Positions 20,669 through 30,140 of a DNA stretch of 64,000 nucleotides are shown piece by piece. Each line of letters starts with the position of its first letter. The first letter of the stretch is position 1. This stretch comes from a virus. The stretch is from positions 1 to 64,000 of the IMG/VR virus record IMGVR_UViG_3300026473_000011; one strand, 5' to 3'. Made by a program: the position numbers and the translations under genes. The notes below the pieces were generated by a model, which was given only the letters and a program-made list of their open reading frames with translations, was not told the origin of the DNA and did not search any database.

Positions 20669-20790
20669 TCTTAGAATGATATGCTAACAAGCCACTCCGT
20701 TGCGGCTGGAGCCGACTCTCAAAATTCAGTTGCCAATTGAGATGAGCGATTCAGTATGAGGCTGTTGCCTCACATTAACTAAAGGTCATT

Positions 20791-21840
20791 ATGCAAATGA
20801 AAAAGTCGAATGAGGCGAAGGGAACCAGTTTGAGTGATCTTGGAAAGCTAAGGAATTCTCTGAAAAGTGCTGATTTTCAAGAGCAGATCAAGCTAAAGGT
20901 CAGTCAATCACCTTTGCTGGTGGTTCACGTGCCAAGCCAGGAACATGCCAACTGCGACTCCCTTCCGCTGCGGTATGGTATGCATTTTGAGACAGACTCG
21001 ACGATTACTCTGAGTCGAATCACTATTACAAACAAACCCCAGAAAAACACAGACCGCATTAGCCTTGACGCATATTTTCTGGATTCAAACAACAAAGAGC
21101 AGTTTGGGCACTTCATAGTTGGCGCTCGCAGGGGCTATGACGAACCGGTTCTCGTCACAGTTTGGCGTCACGATGCAGACACGGAGGAGCATCTCTCTGA
21201 TGTCATGCGGAGCCTCCGGGAATGCGACTTGCTCTCACCTCAGGCTCTAATGGAGCTTCACCCCGATTACATCAGCGGAGACATCTCCAAGCACGCAGAC
21301 CTCGTGATGATTCTTGGGAAGAGGATGAGTGACGAGCAAATTAAAAAAATGGGAGAGGCTGTTAGTGCATCAGAACAAAGGACAAACGCGGCGATTGCAG
21401 AGCGGAATCAAGCACTGGAAATTGCCGAGACATTGAAGGGGACGGTTCAGCAGCTGAATGAGGTCAACGCCACTCAAAGCAGCACCATTGCAGAGCAGAG
21501 ATCAACCATCCAAATGCAACAGATGGACATTGATCGACTCAAGCGTGAGCAACAAGCAGCACAGAGATCGGACAGTCAAGTCACCTTGTCTCCACCGGAT
21601 CTACTGGTGGATGTGCTTGAGAGACAAATTTATCGAGGATCGAGCTGCACAATCCTTGTCATGGGCGACAACACCCGACGGCACATGAAGACAACGACAT
21701 TTGACCCAACTGGATCAGTGACCGCGCATGCAATAAGTCTGAAGGGCAAGCGTGTTCGTATTTCTTGCTGGGATCCAATTAGTCAGCCTGGAAAGTGGAG
21801 CAGCCAAGGCTATTTCAGGAATGTGTATGCCGTTGAATAA
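20791..21840 (+). CDS. Unknown coiled-coil protein; paralogue of 17311-18285
   Basis: Same conserved N- and C-terminal motifs as its paralogue. Confidence 0.8.
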   Translation: MQMKKSNEAKGTSLSDLGKLRNSLKSADFQEQIKLKVSQSPLLVVHVPSQEHANCDSLPLRYGMHFETDSTITLSRITITNKPQKNTDRISLDAYFLDSNNKEQFGHFIVGARRGYDEPVLVTVWRHDADTEEHLSDVMRSLRECDLLSPQALMELHPDYISGDISKHADLVMILGKRMSDEQIKKMGEAVSASEQRTNAAIAERNQALEIAETLKGTVQQLNEVNATQSSTIAEQRSTIQMQQMDIDRLKREQQAAQRSDSQVTLSPPDLLVDVLERQIYRGSSCTILVMGDNTRRHMKTTTFDPTGSVTAHAISLKGKRVRISCWDPISQPGKWSSQGYFRNVYAVE

Positions 21841-22140
21841 CTCACCTGCCGACTTGTTTATGCAGCGATTACTGACCGTGGAATTCTGAAACTGAATTCA
21901 TGCTAACTGGTGCCAAGCGTTCTTACCGGGTTCAACTCCCCTATGCCTAGCCACTGGCAAGGTCCAACCCAATCGCCGGAACCCGCTTGATTACTTGCTC
22001 ATGCTAACGGACACGTCCACAAGGCGACAGAGAAAAAAGAGAGAAATGTGGTCTCTGAGGACAAAAATCGGGGAAATCTGACCCGTCGCGTCCACAAGAA
22101 AAAACGCGGAGGCCCGCAGAAACAGGGCCTTCCGGGAAAG

Positions 22141-22170
22141 AAAAAGGGGGACAGAGAAAATCTGTCCCCC
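22141..22170 (-). terminator. Intrinsic terminator-like hairpin
   Basis: 10-bp stem GGGGGACAGA / TCTGTCCCCC with a 5-nt loop, followed by a T-tract on the minus strand. Confidence 0.7.
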
Positions 22171-22322
22171 GTGTGTGGTGGTGGATGGTTGACCACTAGA
22201 AAATTCTCTCTTCGTACTCAAGCGTGCGTGGTAGCAAATGAGCGGTAGTAGATCATAAGCCACTGGACTTCCGGGAGGAAGTACGCGTGAATGCAGCTCC
22301 GTTATCTTAAGGAGCATGCAAA

Positions 22323-22730
22323 GTGAGCACAAGCCTAACTGAAATCGAACTTGCAGCTCGATGGGCCATGAGTCCCAAGACCCTCCAGCGCTGGCGTTCG
22401 ACACACCGGGGCCCTGAATACCTCAAGCTTGGCAAGAAGATTCAGTACCCGCTGGCGGCCATCGAGGATTACGAGAACCAAATCAGAACCAACATTGCGT
22501 TCGCAGGTGCCGAAGAAATTTTGCTCTTTCTCCAGCAAGCTGGCCAAGCTGACCTCGATCAGATCCGCGCTGCATGTCTGGGCGGCAAAAAGTCACGCGG
22601 CCAAATCCAGAATCACCTTTATCGGTTGACGCGCTGCACACCACCTCGGATCAAGGCCACCATGCTGGCACTGGAACCGAGCTCTCCGGTCATGACTGTC
22701 GTCTACAGCCTTTGCTCAGACGATGCTTAA
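22323..22730 (+). CDS. AlpA/HTH_17 protein with a C-terminal extension
   Basis: LAARWAMSPKTLQRWR...GPEYLKLG; AAGGAG RBS with GTG start. Confidence 0.75.
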   Translation: MSTSLTEIELAARWAMSPKTLQRWRSTHRGPEYLKLGKKIQYPLAAIEDYENQIRTNIAFAGAEEILLFLQQAGQADLDQIRAACLGGKKSRGQIQNHLYRLTRCTPPRIKATMLALEPSSPVMTVVYSLCSDDA

Positions 22731-23361
22731 TCGGCCGCTGTCCTCACAAGATCTTGCCGATCGATGGGGCATTCCCACAGGCACCTTAGCCCTTTGGCGG
22801 CAACACGGAAAAGGCCCCTGCTTCATTCAAGTCGGAAGACTGATCCGCTACCCCGTTGCTGAAGTCGAGGCATTTGAACGTCGGATGAAAAATGAACGCT
22901 CCTGGAGCAAACGCATCTCAGTCACTGCATTAATGGAAATGCCGATCAAAAAGATTGGCCGCTTGCGGCGATCCAAATTTTCTGAGAAGAAATCACAAGC
23001 CATCATCCAGACCTACCTCACCCACTTGTCCGACCGTCAGCCTTCCTGCTGCCAGCGAAAAGCCATTGATGACTTCAGAACCCTAATGACGCTCAGCATC
23101 ACCTCCCGCGATTCCGACGAGATTGAACTAGGAGACCACAGGGAAAATTTGACGCCTGAAGTACTTTTTGTCGACTTGATCAACAACCTCGAGAAAACAA
23201 GCGCTCTGGTCAACGCTGTATTGGATCAGGCATGCAGCAAGTTACGCCACCTCAATCGCCCCGAACTTCTACGGGCGGTCGGCAACTTCGGCGACATGGT
23301 CACACGCCGCAGAGTCAATGCACTTCTCTTTCATAACTTCAAATCCGGCATTAGGAATTGA
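22723..23361 (+). CDS. AlpA/HTH_17 protein with a C-terminal extension
   Basis: LADRWGIPTGTLALWRQHGKGP...IRYP. Confidence 0.7.
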   Translation: MLNRPLSSQDLADRWGIPTGTLALWRQHGKGPCFIQVGRLIRYPVAEVEAFERRMKNERSWSKRISVTALMEMPIKKIGRLRRSKFSEKKSQAIIQTYLTHLSDRQPSCCQRKAIDDFRTLMTLSITSRDSDEIELGDHRENLTPEVLFVDLINNLEKTSALVNAVLDQACSKLRHLNRPELLRAVGNFGDMVTRRRVNALLFHNFKSGIRN

Positions 23362-23432
23362 ACCGACGTCCACACATCCGAATCAGATGTCCCCTCGGCC
23401 ATGTGGATGTCGTTTTGCCGATTCGGCCGAAT

Positions 23433-24548
23433 TCAATTTGACAGCTCATAGCTCGTGCTGCGCCCGCCACCAGGCGCTTTCTTGAGCACCCCCAGCTCCA
23501 GCAACTGAGTGATGTCGCGCAATGCGGAGTCGGGCGAGCATTTGGCGATGGCAGCCCACTTGCTGCTGGTGAGTTTGCCTTCGAAGCCATCGAGCAAACG
23601 GTTGATCAGTTTCACCTGCCGCTCGTTCAGTGGCGTGCCTGCCCACCGTTGCCAGAAGCGCGCCTTGACCAGCACCGCATCCAGAGTGGTTTGCGCACTG
23701 TCCAGAGCGCGCGCCAATGTGCCAAGGAACCACGACAGCCAACCGGTGACGTCGAGTGTGCCTTTTTGTGTGCGTTCGAGCACATCGTAGTAGTCCCGAC
23801 GATCCCGTTGGATTTGTGCAGACAGGCTGTAAAAACGTTGTGGACTGCCATCGGCGCGTGCAAGAAAGAGGTCTCCCACCGCTCGGGCGATGCGACCGTT
23901 GCCATCATCAAAGGGGTGCAAGGTCACGAACCACAGATGCGCCAAGCCCGCTTTGATGAGTAGCGGCTCGCCCGTTTCCTCGTTGGCCCAGGAGAGAAAG
24001 CGCTTCATTTCGTCAGGCAGACCCCGCGCGGGTGGTGCCTGAAAGTGGACCTTGCGCCGCCCTGTCGGGCCAGAGACAACTTGCATTGGCCCATCGGCAT
24101 CATCACGCCATTGGCCGACCGCGATTTTGCTCATGCCGGAGTACCCGGTGGGAAACAGTGCCGCATGCCAACCGAACAGTCGATCAGAAGTCAGCGATTC
24201 GCAGCTGCGTGTGGTGGCGTCAAGCACCATCTCAACCACGCCTTCGATGTGCCGATCCACCGGTGCAACCGCGCCAATGTCCACGCCCAGACGGCGTGCG
24301 ATGGACGAACGCACAGATTCGACATTGAGCACCTCGCCTTCGATTTCACTGGTCTTGACCACATCTTCTGTCAACGCAGCAAGACTGGCCTGGTCGCGTA
24401 ATGCCAGCCCTACGTCTGCCAAACGACCCAGCAATACACCTTGAGAACGACTGACATGCGCCAACAGCCCGGCCAGAATTGACAAGTCGTAACGCCAGTT
24501 GGGCCAGCTGTCGGTCTGCCAGATGTAGAGTTTTTCTCCGCTATTCAT
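23433..24548 (-). CDS. Fic family protein (DUF4172-like N-terminus, C-terminal HTH)
   Basis: HPFDDGNGRIAR Fic motif; TSEIEGE inhibitory-type motif. Confidence 0.92.
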   Translation of the reverse strand: MNSGEKLYIWQTDSWPNWRYDLSILAGLLAHVSRSQGVLLGRLADVGLALRDQASLAALTEDVVKTSEIEGEVLNVESVRSSIARRLGVDIGAVAPVDRHIEGVVEMVLDATTRSCESLTSDRLFGWHAALFPTGYSGMSKIAVGQWRDDADGPMQVVSGPTGRRKVHFQAPPARGLPDEMKRFLSWANEETGEPLLIKAGLAHLWFVTLHPFDDGNGRIARAVGDLFLARADGSPQRFYSLSAQIQRDRRDYYDVLERTQKGTLDVTGWLSWFLGTLARALDSAQTTLDAVLVKARFWQRWAGTPLNERQVKLINRLLDGFEGKLTSSKWAAIAKCSPDSALRDITQLLELGVLKKAPGGGRSTSYELSN

Positions 24549-24566
24549 GCGGCAATTAAACACCCA

Positions 24567-24611
24567 ATTTCCCGCAAAAACAAGTCATAGACCGCATTTT
24601 TTGCGGGAAAT
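24567..24611. promoter_or_regulatory. 14-bp inverted repeat upstream of fic (putative autoregulatory operator)
   Basis: ATTTCCCGCAAAAA / TTTTTGCGGGAAAT. Confidence 0.55.
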
Positions 24612-24875
24612 AAGTTAAATATTCACCGCAATCAGTCCTCGATGCACGGTCAATGACTGAGTTAATTAACTCAACAAAGCACAAATGGGGAAATGGCCGT
24701 CCTCCTCTTTGCCGATCATTGTGGGCAATTCTGTATCACCTAAGCTGCAAATAGTCTTCTGGATTTGAACCCACATCTACAAGTCGTCTGGCTAAGTGCA
24801 TCTTCAACACCCCGCCTAAATCGGACTCTTTCCACACTTAATGGCAATATGGACTAACTATCACCGGAGACCAAA

Positions 24876-25490
24876 ATGAACGATCAAAGTCACAGCGCCA
24901 CCATGGAGGACAAACAGCGTTATGTGGCGCTGGACCTTGAATACAACCAACCCAGCGGGACCATCATCCAAGTTGGCGTCGCCATCGGTAGCGCTTCGCA
25001 AAACCAGCAACAGTACATTGTCCGGCGATGGAATCTGCAAGTGGATGAGCCCATCACCGAGTTCATTACACAACTCACGGGCATCACCAATGAAGACTGC
25101 AGTGCAGGCGTGGGCCTCGCGCAATGTGCGCAAGAGCTTGGAGACCTACTGCGTGAGCAAGACGTATTCGTCAATCCAGTCACTTGGGGTGGAGGGGACT
25201 CGGCCGACCTGCTACGGGCGTTCGCTCAAGCGCAGATCGAGTTTCATCATTTCGGCCGTCGCTGGATTGATGTAAAGACTTGGACCACATTGCTGTCATT
25301 GGCGCGAACGCCCACTGCCACAGTTCAGCATGGCGGCTTGTCCAAGGCCATGGCGCGCTACAAGCTTCAGTTCGTGGGCAAAGCCCACCGCGCTGATGTC
25401 GATGCGTTTAATACGCTGCGACTGTTTTTTGCCATCCTAGATCGTCAGCGCACCCTTGAAGGATGCGCCGCACAGATGAAAAATCTTTAA
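24876..25490 (+). CDS. DEDDh 3'-5' exonuclease
   Basis: ALDLEY (ExoI), WGGGD (ExoII), HRADVDA (ExoIII). Confidence 0.85.
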   Translation: MNDQSHSATMEDKQRYVALDLEYNQPSGTIIQVGVAIGSASQNQQQYIVRRWNLQVDEPITEFITQLTGITNEDCSAGVGLAQCAQELGDLLREQDVFVNPVTWGGGDSADLLRAFAQAQIEFHHFGRRWIDVKTWTTLLSLARTPTATVQHGGLSKAMARYKLQFVGKAHRADVDAFNTLRLFFAILDRQRTLEGCAAQMKNL

Positions 25491-25555
25491 ACGAAAAGTG
25501 CGCAGCGACACAACTTCAAACCCGGCCGGGAGAATTGAACCCAAATCCACAGCTA

Positions 25556-25864
25556 TCACTTTTGGCTAGCATGCAACGGCTGTGCATGGAGCTTGATTCC
25601 CAGTGCAGCAGTGACTTTCAGGATAGTGGCGAAGCTGGGGTTACCTTCCCCTGACAACGCCTTGTAGAGGCTTTCCCTACCCAGACCCGTATCGCGCGAA
25701 AGTTGCGACATGCCCTTGGCTCGGGCAATGGTGCCCAGCGCCTTGGCAATAAAGGCGGCATCATCACCCGCCTCTTGCAGGCAAGCTTCCAAGTAAAGTG
25801 CCATGTCCTCATCCGATTTGAGGTGTTCTGCACTATCCCATTTCCGTAGCTTAAGAGCAGTCAT
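25556..25864 (-). CDS. Addiction-module antidote (Cro/C1 HTH), orphan
   Basis: WDSAEHL...IARAKGMSQLSRDTGLGRESLYKALSGEGNPSF. Confidence 0.9.
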   Translation of the reverse strand: MTALKLRKWDSAEHLKSDEDMALYLEACLQEAGDDAAFIAKALGTIARAKGMSQLSRDTGLGRESLYKALSGEGNPSFATILKVTAALGIKLHAQPLHASQK

Positions 25865-25930
25865 CTGCCACTCCTTCATTTGACGCTCCAGATCTCGCAG
25901 CGTGCAATAGACCCGAAAGCCTGAATCAAG
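25865..25930 (-). pseudogene. Remnant of a RelE/HigB-type killer gene
   Basis: Translates LDSGFRVYCTLRDLERQMKE, resembling the GYRVYF segment and C-terminus of addiction-module toxins. Confidence 0.5.
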
Positions 25931-25934
25931 GCAA

Positions 25935-25964
25935 ACTGTATCAATTGGGATACATTGATGTCAA
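25935..25964 (-). promoter_or_regulatory. Toxin-antitoxin promoter with a palindromic operator
   Basis: TTGACA-N18-TACAGT on the minus strand; TGTATC-N6-GATACA (25937-25954). Confidence 0.65.
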
Positions 25965-26278
25965 TCCCACCGAAACGGCAAAACCAACTTCATCACCTCA
26001 ACATTAAAGAAGTCTTTAATTTGCCAGCGCACATTCAAGAGCTCTTTAAAAAGCCTATAGCACTGACCACAATGCTGCCCAAAAGCTGTGCTACGGACTG
26101 AGCGTCGCGATGGAGCTCCAAGTGCACTGCTACGGTGTACCGGCTGGCCATGCCATAGTGGGCTCCACCCCTACAGAAATTGCCATTAGATTGGCATGTA
26201 CTACTCATGCAACTCATTGACATGTATGATTTTTTCTGTAAAATAAGTGTGAAGTAACCACCCCCATTGGAAGCAGGC

Positions 26279-26938
26279 ATGAAGGTCGTTGACAGGCTTC
26301 GTAGATCCATTGCCCAACGTCATGACCGAGTGATTCTTCGCTCAGAATTGACGGGGATGTGCAGCCCCTCCCAGCTCACCAATGCTTTGACTCAGCTCAT
26401 CAATGAAGGATCCCTGATGCGGGTGAGCTCCGGGGTCTACTCCAAAGGGAACATGAGCTCTGAAAATTCAGCTCTCTCGCCCTCTGGAGTTCAAGACATA
26501 GCGGCAGAAGTCTTCAGAAAATTAGGCCGTTCCATTAAAAGCGTCAGAACTGAATCAGATCCCAACCATGCAGTAGTTGTCATTGACGGAGGAAGTCATC
26601 GACTCAGCCGCAAATTCAAAATTGGCGATACCAAGATCGAATACTCGAGTCCGAAAACCACATGCCAAGCCCCCATCAATCTCCCCGATGACGTGGATGC
26701 TTTGCCCAAGAAAAATGTGAGCGATTTTGTCTACAGATTCGCACAGTCACGTCACGTGACTTTCAAGCGCTCTGGACTGGACCAGTGGGCAGAGGCAGTT
26801 ACCCGTGCTGCCGGAGACGACGTGAAGCTGGATGAGACCGGCAAGCTTCTGGTCACCCTTAAAAAGAAGCATTTCATCAATGGACGGCAGATGGCTCGCT
26901 TGATGACAAATCATCTGAGAGAGCACCATCGTGCTTGA
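26279..26938 (+). CDS. wHTH (DUF6088/AbiEi-like N-terminus) protein; putative antitoxin
   Basis: ALTQLINEGSLMRVSSGVY; overlaps the fic start. Confidence 0.6.
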   Translation: MKVVDRLRRSIAQRHDRVILRSELTGMCSPSQLTNALTQLINEGSLMRVSSGVYSKGNMSSENSALSPSGVQDIAAEVFRKLGRSIKSVRTESDPNHAVVVIDGGSHRLSRKFKIGDTKIEYSSPKTTCQAPINLPDDVDALPKKNVSDFVYRFAQSRHVTFKRSGLDQWAEAVTRAAGDDVKLDETGKLLVTLKKKHFINGRQMARLMTNHLREHHRA

Positions 26939-27704
26939 TCCATTTGGTGACTTCGAAACCCGAGGCTATTTACAAAACGTTGAAGGCCTCAAAAACCTGG
27001 ATGAAGTCAAGGTGTTGGAACACACCTTCTTCGAGGCCAACCTGGAAGACGCATTCCATTTTTTGAGGGAAATTAAGGGAGCACTGACCTACAAGCACTT
27101 CCTGAAGGTCCACTACATTCTGTTTAATGACTTCTACCCATGGGCGGGGCAAGACAGATTGCAGCTGGGCGTGGGCTCCCTCGTCGAAAAAGGGAATTTT
27201 CAATTTGAAGAGTCGTCTATGGCACAGCGCGCCGTCGAGTGGGGCCTGGAAATGGGAAACAACCCGGCAGTGTTGACCAAAAAGCCTGGCGTGGTGATGG
27301 GGCAGTTTGCATGGGGCCACCCATTCCTTGATGGCAACGGGCGAACAATGTTGCTTGTTCACACAGAGCTATGCGCTCGAGCCAACTTCTCGATTGATTG
27401 GACGAACTCCAAGAAGGCAGACTACCTCCAAGCTTTAACCAATGAGCTGAGAACGCCGGACAAAGGTCTGCTGGATGCCTACTTCCAGCCGTTGATTCAG
27501 AAATTGCCCGAACGAAAAGTTTGGATTGAGCACATCAAAACTTTGTCTGGACTAGATGGTGCAAATACTGAAGACGACAACATGTCGTACACCGCTGATG
27601 ATGCGCTGGCCAGACAGCGCTACGAAGAGGCCAACAAGCTGAGAAAAAGAAGCCTGCAAGGCCATCCGAATCCAGCAAGTGAGATTACCTCTCGGGACGT
27701 CTAA
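26931..27704 (+). CDS. Fic family protein (FicT-like toxin candidate)
   Basis: HPFLDGNGRT; FNDFYPWAGQDR. Confidence 0.88.
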   Translation: MLDPFGDFETRGYLQNVEGLKNLDEVKVLEHTFFEANLEDAFHFLREIKGALTYKHFLKVHYILFNDFYPWAGQDRLQLGVGSLVEKGNFQFEESSMAQRAVEWGLEMGNNPAVLTKKPGVVMGQFAWGHPFLDGNGRTMLLVHTELCARANFSIDWTNSKKADYLQALTNELRTPDKGLLDAYFQPLIQKLPERKVWIEHIKTLSGLDGANTEDDNMSYTADDALARQRYEEANKLRKRSLQGHPNPASEITSRDV

Positions 27705-28830
27705 AGTCGAAGCGAACTACATATGACGATGGCAACATTTCGCTCTGCTTGTAGAGTTCATCTGCAAGCATTGGGCGCAATTCAAACGGTTTTCCAGTAG
27801 CGTCGAAGAACACCAGATAGAAAAAATATGCTCTTTGGTGTTCTTTTGAGATAGAGACTATGTGTTCGTTATCTGACAAGAAAAAACGGTGACCTTCACC
27901 ACCGGGAAGCTTACCAACTGCCTTGACCTCGATACATCGTTGTAGCTTTGGCGACGAATGCGACAGAAAGTCATAGCCATAGCCGGGCCGATCTCTCCGA
28001 TCTTCAATTTTTAAGACAAGTTCCGGCTGGCCAATTCCTACTAGACGCTGCCGTTCCCATTCGAGTGCATACGCCTCCGCCATCTTGCCGATTCGGTCTC
28101 GCTGATTCTGAATATCTTCGAAATTGACCTTGCGATGGAATTTCCTCTTCGGTACAAGGACTGTTGCCACCGATTTTCGGTCATCGTTTCTGAAATAGGT
28201 TTGGTACAGGAACGACATGAACTTTGGATTGCTCCATGTTCGAGTGGTCTTGTTCGAAAACTTGGCAACCAATAGCGAGTGTTGATATTCGCTGGACGAA
28301 CGATCATCGCCAAAACCAAGCGCCGCCCCGAGCATTGCCAGATGATCTGCACTACAGACATTAAGGAAACGGTCAGGGAAGTACAGACTCAGAATCTTGG
28401 CTTTGAACATCTGAGACAGCGGATTCTTGTCAATTTCACCAAAATCCAACTGAGATGCTTGTCCAAGCCGAATTAGCTGCAACACAGCAGTCTTTACGGA
28501 ATGAAACGCATCGTCTTTTGTTTCTCCAAATCGGCGAACGAAGCGATATTTCTTTTGAGGATCTGTTTTTGTTTTCCCGAAGTAGATACCGAACTTCTCA
28601 GAAGTTGCCCCTTGGATATTTGCCCACGGCCTAGTTTTAGCTTCAACATGTGCACAAAACGTCGGTCGCTGATGACCAATGACGTAATCGTCGAGTTCTA
28701 GGCGTGGAAGTCTCCCCAAAGGAAACGCTTTGAGAAATTCACCGCGCGCTTGAGCGGCAACATCCTCACGGGTCACGTCATAAGTGCTCTCAAAGGCACT
28801 CAAATGCACTGCATCGAATCTAAGCATCAT
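27685..28830 (-). CDS. Putative nuclease with a C-terminal DUF3883/NOV_C domain
   Basis: IGKMAE...GYGYDFLS...IEVK...FFLSDNE, a PD-(D/E)XK pattern. Confidence 0.7.
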   Translation of the reverse strand: MMLRFDAVHLSAFESTYDVTREDVAAQARGEFLKAFPLGRLPRLELDDYVIGHQRPTFCAHVEAKTRPWANIQGATSEKFGIYFGKTKTDPQKKYRFVRRFGETKDDAFHSVKTAVLQLIRLGQASQLDFGEIDKNPLSQMFKAKILSLYFPDRFLNVCSADHLAMLGAALGFGDDRSSSEYQHSLLVAKFSNKTTRTWSNPKFMSFLYQTYFRNDDRKSVATVLVPKRKFHRKVNFEDIQNQRDRIGKMAEAYALEWERQRLVGIGQPELVLKIEDRRDRPGYGYDFLSHSSPKLQRCIEVKAVGKLPGGEGHRFFLSDNEHIVSISKEHQRAYFFYLVFFDATGKPFELRPMLADELYKQSEMLPSSYVVRFDFRRPER

Positions 28831-28966
28831 TTATCCCATCATTATTTAGACGGCTAGATTAGCGTACGACTCGGTTTTTCTCACAATCTTGTTGTGTTAG
28901 CAAAATTACGGTTTTTTGATTTGATAATTTTTCGACTCAATTGATCAAGCAGCGTAGACCTGCAGG

Positions 28967-30139
28967 CTACCTTGGCTCTCCATATGCCTCACCCGTAAGC
29001 AACATTAGCGACAATTCTGGCTTTGATTGGCGAAGAGCTTCAATCGACGCAACATAGCGTCTCGGCTCAGCGTGTGGAATGGCTACACCGTACTTTGCAT
29101 TCCAATCTGATGGACGCATCTCGAAGCATGCTAGGCCGGTACCCAGGGTAATGAGCTTGCTACCCAGCGGCGTCATAACCAGCCGACACCCACCCAAAAT
29201 TGTCATGCTATTTTGGTAACGCGTCATCGCTCCTAGGAGCTGCCGATAGGCTTCGAACGGTTGAGACTCCTGTGCATATAGGATATTAGCCGTCGGCGTC
29301 TTGCGACTATCAAACAGCGACTCCCGGTATTCAACAAGAAGGCGATCGGCACGGCGCGGGTCCTTGGATGGATGCGGCACAACAGGACAAACCTCAGCCT
29401 CTGCCGGAATCGAGCCAGCGATCTTCTGAAGTTGGTTGACCCGCCCTTCGCCAAGTACCGGAAACCACACTAGAGGCCAGTCTTGCACGCTTTCTAGCTG
29501 CCAAGTCGCGAAAAAACCTGGGATATTAACAAGGTCGTTGCTTGGGTCTTCGGCTCGAATTTGTCCATCAAGTTTGGCATCCTCAGCAACTAACACTTGA
29601 AAGTTGACACCGTTGGCATACAGGGGGTGGGTGCCCCCTTCCACAATCACTTTGCTAGGCACCAACTTTTGCAGGATGTTAGTAAGAAGCGCGAGGTAAG
29701 TTGCCCGTGGCAATGAACTGACGTCCAAAATGATGTCCGTCTTACCGTCGATCTCATCAAGGACGGCCTTTACCCTCTGGCGTAGCACGTCACTAGCACT
29801 TGTTTCTTCCTCGTCTTTCGATCGCTCGATGGTTACAGAGACTGTTTGACCCAAAGGTGTAAATACCGCTTCGAGCGCGACTGCGTTCTCCTGCGTCAGC
29901 GTTTCGACATCTTCATCCAGTTCGTAACCGTCAAAACCGAGCAGCAGCAATTTGGCACTCACGGTCTGCCTCCTGCCCCCCTGCTGTCCCCTCACGAATT
30001 CGCGCATCACCGACTGCGCTCGCACATCAAAGCCACGACCAGCGATGTACAGCAACTGGACCGGCCGATCCTTAAGCAGGTCATCCCACAGTTCGTGAAC
30101 GCCATCGCCGCGGCGAAAAACATAGTGATCCCAAAGCAT
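28967..30139 (-). CDS. Hypothetical alpha/beta protein, last gene of the PRTase/ATPase operon
   Basis: 390 aa; ILDVSSLPR and TPLGSK motifs; 1 bp from the upstream gene. Confidence 0.75.
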   Translation of the reverse strand: MLWDHYVFRRGDGVHELWDDLLKDRPVQLLYIAGRGFDVRAQSVMREFVRGQQGGRRQTVSAKLLLLGFDGYELDEDVETLTQENAVALEAVFTPLGQTVSVTIERSKDEEETSASDVLRQRVKAVLDEIDGKTDIILDVSSLPRATYLALLTNILQKLVPSKVIVEGGTHPLYANGVNFQVLVAEDAKLDGQIRAEDPSNDLVNIPGFFATWQLESVQDWPLVWFPVLGEGRVNQLQKIAGSIPAEAEVCPVVPHPSKDPRRADRLLVEYRESLFDSRKTPTANILYAQESQPFEAYRQLLGAMTRYQNSMTILGGCRLVMTPLGSKLITLGTGLACFEMRPSDWNAKYGVAIPHAEPRRYVASIEALRQSKPELSLMLLTGEAYGEPR

Positions 30140-30140
30140 G

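Noticed and set aside
21901-21915. Second sigma54 promoter TGGCACCAGTTAGCA (minus strand)
   Set aside because: GG-to-GC spacing is 9 rather than the required 10, and it points antisense into a gene.
21921-21953. tRNA-like GGGTTCAACTCCC...CCA
   Set aside because: Only 3 bp of T-stem pair and no full cloverleaf can be built.
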